Of a stretch of DNA of 12,629 bases, positions 1-6,623 are shown piece by piece. The position numbers and the translations under genes are program-made. Under the pieces are notes generated by a model. It saw only the letters and a program-made list of their open reading frames with translations. It was not told the origin of the DNA and did no database searches. The DNA is from a candidate division WOR-3 bacterium (lineage in GTDB: Bacteria; Hydrothermota; Tepidihabitantia; Tepidihabitantales; CAIPLT01): NCBI GenBank assembly GCA_965649215.1, contig CBFGJZ010000007.1, forward strand, positions 16,361 through 28,989. Reading direction: 5' to 3'. The number at the start of each line of letters is the position of its first letter. Within the stretch, counting starts at the first letter, position 1.

Positions 1-567
1 ACCTCGTTCACCAGCGCTGTCAACATAAATGCCATCATAGTTAGCATAACCAACATGTAAACCGTTTCCTTCTACATGATTTACAAACACACCATTTCCC
101 TCAGCGCTATTAACATAAAGACCATCTAAGTTCGCATGGCTGACTTCAAAACCATTCCAATTGGCTTCATTTACCCAAATTCCTGAATAACCCGCTTGTT
201 GGATTGAAATCGCATCAAAATTAGTATTATTTATAGAAACACCATTTTCAGCTTGATTGATATCCAAGCCACTTAAATTACAACTGTCTATATAAATACC
301 GTTATTTTCAACTTTTGAAATAGATAAACCATTAGTTGCATTTTCAATATAAACACCTGAATTGTTTGCTTTTTTAACGACTAATCCATTTTCAACTGCT
401 TTATTTATAAATATTCCACTGCTGTTAGCACTATCAATATAAATCGCTTCATTATTCGAATTTGCAATATAGAGTCCACACCAATTTGCATTTCCGACAA
501 AAAGCCCATCTTGTCCAGAATTATTAACTGCCACACCAGCACCATTTGCATTGTCAACAATAATTGC
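1..567 (-). repeat. Tandem ~10-aa (30-nt) coding repeats, consensus (G/A)-hydrophobic-x-(I/V)-x-x-(A/S)-x-x-(N/D/S); at least 19 units; probable beta-helix/solenoid
   Basis: Translation: AIIVDNANGA GVAVNNSGQD GLFVGNANWC GLYIANSNNE AIYIDSANSS GIFINKAVEN GLVVKKANNS GVYIENATN GLSISKVENN GIYIDSCNLS GLDINQAEN GVSINNTNFD AISIQQAGYS GIWVNEANWN GFEVSHANLD GLYVNSAEGN GVFVNHVEGN GLHVGYANYD GIYVDSAGER G. Confidence 0.85.
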
Positions 568-2574
568 GTCGCTGGTACTATTTACTTTAAATGCATAACC
601 GGTGCCTGAATTATTAATATTCAAGATAGCATTGGGTTGAGCAATATTAGCACTAAGTGTACAGGGAATAGCAATTTCAGAACCATTGATTGGTGGCGAA
701 AATGGTCTGATTGCTGGCGTGAATGATAAATCTATCGGTTGAATTGTTCCGTCTTGAATTTTTGAAGAAGTTATCGCATTATCTTGAATTTCAGCATTAT
801 TAATAGGTGGTGTAAATGGTCTTATTGCCGGGGTGAACGCTAAATCACTTAGTTGAATTGTGCTATCTTGAATTTTAGTTGTTGTTATTGCATTGTCAAT
901 AATCATAGGATTAGTTATTGCATTTAGTTGACCTTCATCAACAAACTTATTACTTAAGGCTAAAGTATCTTTTCCTTGTAACTTATAGGTATTTGTACTG
1001 ATACGAGCACTGTCAACATAATTATGAGTATGTCCAACTAAAGCAAAAGCCGAACCATGTTGACCGTCAAGATAATCAGCATTTAAGAACTGTACTAGCG
1101 AACCAGTGCCGGTAATCTTATTATCAGTAATGCCCGCTGTCGTTGAAATATCGGCATTTGTAATTGTGCCATCAACAATCATACCAGACGAGATTGAATT
1201 TGTTTGACCTTCGTCAACAAACTTGTTACTTAATGCAATTGTATCTTTACCTTGTAATTTAAAAGCGTTATAAGCATCAACTGCAATTCGAGCACTATCA
1301 ATAACACCAACGGGAGGAGTTGACCGAGCATAATCTGCAGTGTCAGAAAATGGTGCTTTAAAAGTTATAACAACATCATTACGGGTTATTGTGCCGTCTT
1401 GAATCTTATCTGATGTAATTGAATTATTAGCAAGCATTACATTGGTGATTGAATTCGCTTGATTTTCGTTAACATATCTTAAATCAAAAGCAAGTGTATC
1501 TTTACCTTGTAGTTGATAGGCATTAACAGCGACTCTAGTACTATCGACATATGGAATTTGAACATGTTGAGCATAATCAGCTGTATCAGCATATGGAGAT
1601 TTGAAATTTGATGCTACATCGTTACGCGTAATTGAGTTATCAATAATCATAGCAGATGAGATTGAATTTGTTTGACCTTCGTCAACAAATTTGTTACTTA
1701 AAGCTAAAGTATCTTTACCTTGTAAGTTATGGGCATTAACAGAAATCCTTGAACTGTCAACGTAGCTAATGCTAATATTTCTGACATAATCAGAGGTATC
1801 AGCATAAGGTGCTTTAAAAGTTGAAATAACATCTTGTCGAAGAATTGTGCCATCTTGGATTTTCGAACTCGTTACCGCATTATCTTGAATTTCGGTATTA
1901 CTTACTCCAGGGATTAATGGTCTAATTGCAGGAGTAAATGCTAAATCAATAAGTTGAATAGTGCCGTCTTGAATTTTAGCAGAAGTGATTGAATTATCTA
2001 CTATCATTGTATTTGTAATTGCGTTGTTTTGTCCTTCATCAACATATTTATTGCTTAGCGCAATTGTATCTTTACCTTGTAATTTATGGCTATTGGCAGA
2101 TATTCTCGCACTGTCAACATAGGCAACATTAGCATATAGAGCATAATTAGCAGTATCTGATTTTTTTGATAAATAAGCATAAGCAGAACTGACTAAACGT
2201 ATTCTCGGTGTCATTGCTGGATTGGGATATATTTGCATTTCTAAATAACAATCACCACTCTGAGGAATTGAGTCGATAGTGGTATTAATTCCTAACAAGA
2301 CATTAAAAATACCTTGATTGGTAGTAACGTTTTGTGTTTCGCTCCAAAATGCTGTACCACCGGCTGCATTATTAAACATTCGAAAAGTTATTGAGTAAGT
2401 CGAATCATTAACTGGTATACCAGCCAGGTTTGTTAATTTACCTTGATAATTTAAAAGTTTGGGTATTGTGATAGCATCAGAATTTTTTACATTTTCATTT
2501 ATTATTTGATTTGGTGAAGCTAATGAAATACTAAACATCAGAATACAAATAATTAAATATTTATGGCGAGACAT
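1..2574 (-). CDS. Large secreted repetitive fibre/adhesin-like surface protein (tail-fibre-like), 3'-truncated by the window edge (858 codons visible)
   Basis: Manual translation from ATG at 2574 is open to position 1 with no stop. It begins MSRHKYLIICILMFSISLA-SPNQ (Sec signal peptide). Next is an N-terminal domain (PKLLNYQGKLTN..G.PV...YSITFRMF...GGTAFWSETQ...GIFNVLLG...YLEMQI...PRIRLVSSAYAY) of the kind that starts many secreted fibre-like proteins, then modular repeats and a decapeptide-repeat region. An AAAGGAG RBS lies 5 nt upstream. The ORF track omits it because there is no stop in the window. Confidence 0.9.
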   Translation of the reverse strand, partial: MSRHKYLIICILMFSISLASPNQIINENVKNSDAITIPKLLNYQGKLTNLAGIPVNDSTYSITFRMFNNAAGGTAFWSETQNVTTNQGIFNVLLGINTTIDSIPQSGDCYLEMQIYPNPAMTPRIRLVSSAYAYLSKKSDTANYALYANVAYVDSARISANSHKLQGKDTIALSNKYVDEGQNNAITNTMIVDNSITSAKIQDGTIQLIDLAFTPAIRPLIPGVSNTEIQDNAVTSSKIQDGTILRQDVISTFKAPYADTSDYVRNISISYVDSSRISVNAHNLQGKDTLALSNKFVDEGQTNSISSAMIIDNSITRNDVASNFKSPYADTADYAQHVQIPYVDSTRVAVNAYQLQGKDTLAFDLRYVNENQANSITNVMLANNSITSDKIQDGTITRNDVVITFKAPFSDTADYARSTPPVGVIDSARIAVDAYNAFKLQGKDTIALSNKFVDEGQTNSISSGMIVDGTITNADISTTAGITDNKITGTGSLVQFLNADYLDGQHGSAFALVGHTHNYVDSARISTNTYKLQGKDTLALSNKFVDEGQLNAITNPMIIDNAITTTKIQDSTIQLSDLAFTPAIRPFTPPINNAEIQDNAITSSKIQDGTIQPIDLSFTPAIRPFSPPINGSEIAIPCTLSANIAQPNAILNINNSGTGYAFKVNSTSDAIIVDNANGAGVAVNNSGQDGLFVGNANWCGLYIANSNNEAIYIDSANSSGIFINKAVENGLVVKKANNSGVYIENATNGLSISKVENNGIYIDSCNLSGLDINQAENGVSINNTNFDAISIQQAGYSGIWVNEANWNGFEVSHANLDGLYVNSAEGNGVFVNHVEGNGLHVGYANYDGIYVDSAGERG
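691..2121 (-). repeat. Dispersed modular coding repeats in the fibre protein stalk (5x LQGKDT module, 3x FKxPxxDTxDY module, 3x DLxFTPAIRP module)
   Basis: LQGKDT is encoded at 2065-2082, 1708-1725, 1495-1512, 1240-1257 and 964-981, each within (Y/V)(V/I)DSxR...LQGKDT(I/L)A...(Y/F)V(D/N)E(G/N)Q.N(S/A)I. Other modules: FKAPYADTSDY, FKSPYADTADY, FKAPFSDTADY; and KIQD(G/S)TIQxxDL(A/S)FTPAIRP three times. Confidence 0.9.
1190..1701. repeat. Near-perfect 44-bp direct repeat pair (1190-1233 and 1658-1701), 468 bp apart, in frame
   Basis: gagattgaatttgtttgaccttcgtcaacaaa(c/t)ttgttacttaa occurs at both positions with one mismatch. Confidence 0.9.
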
Positions 2575-2579
2575 AAAAA

Positions 2580-2586
2580 CTCCTTT
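2580..2586 (-). promoter_or_regulatory. Shine-Dalgarno site of the fibre protein gene
   Basis: The minus strand reads AAAGGAG-TTTTT-ATG. Confidence 0.8.
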
Positions 2587-2604
2587 CTTTATTTTATTTG
2601 AATC

Positions 2605-2633
2605 AGTATCAGTTAATAAGTGTTATTTGTCAA
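2605..2633 (-). promoter_or_regulatory. Predicted sigma70-type promoter for the fibre protein gene
   Basis: Minus strand TTGACA (2633-2628), 17-nt spacer, GATACT (2610-2605). Confidence 0.65.
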
Positions 2634-2658
2634 TAGTTCATGACTAAAAAGATCGAAC

Positions 2659-2687
2659 TTGAAAGAAACTTAGTTTCATTATATAAT
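2659..2687 (+). promoter_or_regulatory. Predicted sigma70-type promoter for uvrA
   Basis: TTGAAA (2659-2664), 17-nt spacer, TATAAT (2682-2687). The -10 element ends 10 nt before the ATG. Confidence 0.7.
2665..2677. promoter_or_regulatory. Inverted repeat GAAACT-T-AGTTTC in the uvrA promoter spacer; candidate operator
   Basis: Perfect 6-bp arms around a single T, between the predicted -35 and -10 elements. Confidence 0.4.
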
Positions 2688-2697
2688 TTATTTTCAG

Positions 2698-5517
2698 ATG
2701 AAAAATGATTATATTTTTATAAAAGGCGCACGGGTACATAATCTTAAAAATATTAGTGTTAAAATTCCCCGTAATAAACTGGTTGTAATTACAGGTATTT
2801 CGGGATCTGGTAAATCATCTTTGGCATTTGATACAATCTATGCAGAAGGTCAGCGGCGATATATTGAATCTTTATCTGCGTATGCTCGCCAATTTCTCGG
2901 TATGATGGATAAACCAGATGTTGATTACATTACAGGATTGTCACCAGCAATTGCTATCGAACAACGCTCAGCCGCCAAAAATCCTCGTTCAACAGTTGGT
3001 ACTGTGACAGAAATCTACGATTATTTACGAGTATTATTTGCTCGGATCGGTGTACCCTTTTGTCCAACCTGTCAAAAACCAATTCAATCCCAAAGTATTG
3101 ATTCAATCGTAGATGCAATTATCGCACTACCCGACAAGACCGCGATTGTTATTTTAGCGCCAATTGTTCGAGGTCGAAAGGGTGAATATCGGGAATTACT
3201 AAAGAGTATTCAGCGTAAAGGGTTTTTACGGGTGCGAGTTGATGGTCAGATTTATGAAATTGACCAGGTACCAGCAATGCAAAAATATCAAAAGCATAAC
3301 ATTGAAATTGTGATAGATCGTTTGACTATTAACAAGCACAGTGCAAAAAGTGATGAACAGTTATCGTTAAGAAAAAGAATTGCTGAATCAGTCGAACTGG
3401 CGTTAAAAGAAGGACAAGGGCTTGTTTTAGTTTCATGTAGCGAAGTGAAAGAATTAAGTAGCAGAACCGAAGAAAAAATATTTTCAAGTTCATTTGCATG
3501 TGTTGACTGTGGTTTTAGTTATGGTGAGATATCACCACGATTATTTTCTTTTAATGCACCTTATGGTGCATGTGCAGTGTGTCATGGTCTGGGTATTAAA
3601 ATGGAGATCGATGAACGGCGAATAATCGCCAACCCAAATTTAAGTATTGTTGATGGCGCTATTGCATCATGGGGTGAAGTTAGCAGTGAATGGTTTTTAT
3701 CTCAATTAGAAGAATTAGCTGATACTTATAATTTTGATTTAAAAACATCGTGGAAACAACTGCCAAAACATATAAAAAATATTATTATTCATGGTACGGA
3801 AGATGAGTCTTTTGAAGGTGTAATGCCGCACATAATGCGACTGTATCACGAAACCGAATCCGATGCTATTCGCGAATGGGCAGAAAAATATATGTCGATT
3901 TTACCCTGTCCGGAGTGTCAAGGTAGTCGTTTAAAAAAAGAGGCATTATCAATAAGGATTAATAATCTTAATATTGCAGATATAACAAGAATGTCGGTAA
4001 AACAAGCATATGAATTTTTTACGCAAACTATAAAACTCACAGAGAAAGAAACTCTAATTGCCAAAGAAATAATTAAAGAAATTAGCCGACGCTTGCAATT
4101 TTTAATTTCAGTGGGATTAGATTATCTAACATTAGACCGCCGAACCGACACTTTGGGAGGAGGTGAAGAGCAAAGAGTTCGTTTAGCAACTCAAATCGGA
4201 TCGGGTTTAGTTGGTGTTGTTTATATTTTAGATGAGCCAAGTATTGGTTTACATCAAAGAGATAATAAAAAGCTTTTGGCGACCTTGCATCAATTACGCG
4301 ATTTAGGTAATACGGTAATTGTTGTTGAACACGACGAAGAAACAATTCGAGAAGCGGATTATGTAATCGATTTAGGACCGGGCGCAGGCGAAAGTGGTGG
4401 TTATGTCGTTGCAACAGGAAATCCAAAAGAAATTATGACAAATCCAAAATCAATCACAGGTGCTTATCTCAGTGGTCGAAAAGTAATTGCAATTCCTTCC
4501 CAACGACGTAAATTAAGCAATAATTATATTTTAATCAGAGGTGCTCAAGAAAATAATCTTAAAAATATCGATGTTAAGATACCATTAGGACTTTTTGTTT
4601 GTATTACTGGTGTTTCAGGCTCGGGTAAAAGTACTTTATTGTTTGACATTCTTTATAATAAATTAGCCGAAGTATTTTACAATTCAAAAACGCCGGTAGG
4701 AAAACATCTGACGATTGAAAATATTAATAAGATTGATAAGGTTATAAATATTGATCAATCTCCAATTGGCAGAACGCCACGTTCTAATCCTGCTACATAT
4801 ACTAATGTTTTCACACCCATTCGGGAATTATTTGCTCAAACCAAAGAAGCGCGAATACGAGGATATAAACCTGGTAGGTTCTCATTTAATGTTTATGGTG
4901 GAAGATGTGAAACTTGTCAAGGGGATGGTATTATTAAAGTAGAGATGCATTTCTTACCAGATGTGTATATTCCTTGCGAAGAATGCAAAGGTAAAAGATA
5001 CAATCGTGAAACACTGGATATAAAATATAAAGGCAAAAATATCTATGAAGTTTTAAACATGACTGTTGTTGAGGCGTACGAATTTTTTTACAACATACCA
5101 CCGATCAGGCGTAAATTAGAATTGCTTAAAGATGTAGGACTTGGATATATAAAACTGGGACAACCTGCACCAACACTCTCAGGTGGTGAAGCTCAGCGCG
5201 TTAAACTTTCAAAAGAACTATCGAAAATTGGCACAGGTAAAACACTCTATCTTCTTGATGAACCAACTACGGGTTTACATTTTGAAGATGTAAATTTACT
5301 TCTCAAAGTATTGAATCGTTTAGTTGATAAAGGAAATACTGTCGTTGTGATTGAGCATAATTTAGAAGTTATTAAATGTGCGGATTGGATAATTGATTTA
5401 GGACCAGAAGGTGGTGATAAAGGTGGTCAAATAGTAGCTCAAGGTACTCCCGAACAAGTTGCAAAAACAAAGGGGTCTTATACCGGCCAGTTTTTAAAAA
5501 GTTTACTAAAAATCTAA
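2698..5517 (+). CDS. uvrA: Excinuclease ABC subunit A (UvrA)
   Basis: [10 protein letters not shown]-terminus, two Walker A motifs ([16 protein letters not shown]), [10 protein letters not shown], Walker B motifs LDEPSIGLH and [21 protein letters not shown], zinc-finger cysteines, and the UvrB-binding domain; 939 aa. Confidence 0.99.
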   Translation: MKNDYIFIKGARVHNLKNISVKIPRNKLVVITGISGSGKSSLAFDTIYAEGQRRYIESLSAYARQFLGMMDKPDVDYITGLSPAIAIEQRSAAKNPRSTVGTVTEIYDYLRVLFARIGVPFCPTCQKPIQSQSIDSIVDAIIALPDKTAIVILAPIVRGRKGEYRELLKSIQRKGFLRVRVDGQIYEIDQVPAMQKYQKHNIEIVIDRLTINKHSAKSDEQLSLRKRIAESVELALKEGQGLVLVSCSEVKELSSRTEEKIFSSSFACVDCGFSYGEISPRLFSFNAPYGACAVCHGLGIKMEIDERRIIANPNLSIVDGAIASWGEVSSEWFLSQLEELADTYNFDLKTSWKQLPKHIKNIIIHGTEDESFEGVMPHIMRLYHETESDAIREWAEKYMSILPCPECQGSRLKKEALSIRINNLNIADITRMSVKQAYEFFTQTIKLTEKETLIAKEIIKEISRRLQFLISVGLDYLTLDRRTDTLGGGEEQRVRLATQIGSGLVGVVYILDEPSIGLHQRDNKKLLATLHQLRDLGNTVIVVEHDEETIREADYVIDLGPGAGESGGYVVATGNPKEIMTNPKSITGAYLSGRKVIAIPSQRRKLSNNYILIRGAQENNLKNIDVKIPLGLFVCITGVSGSGKSTLLFDILYNKLAEVFYNSKTPVGKHLTIENINKIDKVINIDQSPIGRTPRSNPATYTNVFTPIRELFAQTKEARIRGYKPGRFSFNVYGGRCETCQGDGIIKVEMHFLPDVYIPCEECKGKRYNRETLDIKYKGKNIYEVLNMTVVEAYEFFYNIPPIRRKLELLKDVGLGYIKLGQPAPTLSGGEAQRVKLSKELSKIGTGKTLYLLDEPTTGLHFEDVNLLLKVLNRLVDKGNTVVVIEHNLEVIKCADWIIDLGPEGGDKGGQIVAQGTPEQVAKTKGSYTGQFLKSLLKI

Positions 5518-5559
5518 TTTTCAGCTGCATTAAATTTTGATAATTAACGGCATCTAATA

Positions 5560-5588
5560 TTGACTATGAACAGTATTATAATTAAACT
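5560..5588 (+). promoter_or_regulatory. Predicted sigma70-type promoter for the radical SAM gene and downstream genes
   Basis: TTGACT (5560-5565), 17-nt spacer, TAAACT (5583-5588). There is an additional TATAAT at 5577-5582. The palindrome TAAACT-AA-AGTTTA (5583-5596) overlaps the -10 and predicted start site. Confidence 0.55.
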
Positions 5589-5597
5589 AAAGTTTAT

Positions 5598-6623
5598 ATG
5601 AAAATTGTGAAATTGCCAAAGAATTTTAAGCCAATTTTCATAGATTGGGCGATTACGACTAAATGTTATCTGAAATGTACGCATTGTCGTTATCAAGGAA
5701 AAAAGAATACTCCCGAGAAGGGGAGTCACAAAGAATTAAATAAGAATCAAGCATTAGAATTGGCTAAAGAGATTAGCAAATTAAAACCACAATGGATTTT
5801 AATTGAAGGGGGAGAACCATTTTTAAGACCAGATTTATTTTCAATTGCAAAAATCTTAAAATTTGATACGCGACCAATTTATATTATCAGTTCCGGAATG
5901 GGTTTTAATCAAGATTTAGCAAAAAAGTGTCAAGGATTGGGTTTAAAATTGATGATTAGTATTGATAGCGCGATTGCGAATACTTACAAGAAAATTAGAA
6001 TTGGCGCAAGATTATCCGATGCTAAAAGAGCAGTTAAAATCGCACAAAAGTTCGGAATTCTGGATTCAATCAATTTTACTTTACAAAAATTAAATGCATC
6101 GATTAAGGAAATTAGGGAAATCGGTAAACTTGCGAATGAGTTAAAAGTAAAATCAATTAACTTTTTAGGTTTGAAGCCTAATGCGGGTTGTGCAAATAAC
6201 AATCGATTTATTATTGATTTTGATAAACTATTTGCAGAAATTGTTGCGATTAGTAAAAAATACAAGATTGATGTAAAAGTTGATGAACCATTTTTCCAAC
6301 CCTGGCTTATAAATTATAAATGTCCAACCATAAATTCCAAATTAAAGAGCCAAGGTCCGATTGTTGCGGAAGATAAAGCAGGGTGTATTTTTGGTGAGTA
6401 TTTATTTATTGAACCAGACGGAACCTTAAAACCATGTAGTTTTTCACCATTAAGTTTTAAAGAAATCGGATTGGACTTGATTAAGAAAATTCAGAACAAG
6501 AAAAATCGTAAGGGAAAATGCGGACAATGTAAATTTCAATTAGTATGTGGTGGTTGTCGAGTTAGAACTTATGCGTTGACAAATGATTGGTTTGAATCTG
6601 ACCCTTATTGTACATTATGTTAA
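5598..6623 (+). CDS. Radical SAM protein with C-terminal SPASM domain (NirJ/Ahb-like C-terminus), substrate unknown
   Basis: CYLKCTHC (C23/27/30), GGEP motif and ISIDS. SPASM cysteines C263-x16-C280-x27-C308-x2-C311-x5-C317-x2-C320-x17-C338, ending GGCRVRTYALTNDWFESDPYC. Confidence 0.93.
   Translation: MKIVKLPKNFKPIFIDWAITTKCYLKCTHCRYQGKKNTPEKGSHKELNKNQALELAKEISKLKPQWILIEGGEPFLRPDLFSIAKILKFDTRPIYIISSGMGFNQDLAKKCQGLGLKLMISIDSAIANTYKKIRIGARLSDAKRAVKIAQKFGILDSINFTLQKLNASIKEIREIGKLANELKVKSINFLGLKPNAGCANNNRFIIDFDKLFAEIVAISKKYKIDVKVDEPFFQPWLINYKCPTINSKLKSQGPIVAEDKAGCIFGEYLFIEPDGTLKPCSFSPLSFKEIGLDLIKKIQNKKNRKGKCGQCKFQLVCGGCRVRTYALTNDWFESDPYCTLC

Noticed and set aside
691-2121. Repeats considered as a CRISPR array or DGR template/variable repeats
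   Set aside because: They are in-frame coding repeats with irregular spacing and many synonymous differences, not adenine-specific ones. No cas or reverse transcriptase gene is in the window.
1-2574. Fibre gene considered as part of a prophage
   Set aside because: It has a Sec signal peptide and its own promoter, and no phage genes are visible. Sequence left of the window is unseen, so this is not fully excluded.
4082-4942. ORF-track entries 4082..4426 (-) and 4751..4942 (+)
   Set aside because: Both lie wholly inside uvrA, on the antisense strand or in an alternative frame, with no recognisable motifs; they are shadow ORFs.
5566-5601. 11-codon ORF MNSIIIKLKFI whose TGA overlaps the radical SAM ATG; considered as a RiPP precursor or leader peptide
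   Set aside because: It has no RBS, lies across the predicted promoter, and has no precursor-like residues. The enzyme also has no RRE domain. Such ORFs are expected by chance.
6608-6616. TTG start at 6608 for the DUF1464 gene
   Set aside because: The in-frame ATG at 6617 overlaps the upstream stop codon and is the more plausible coupled start.
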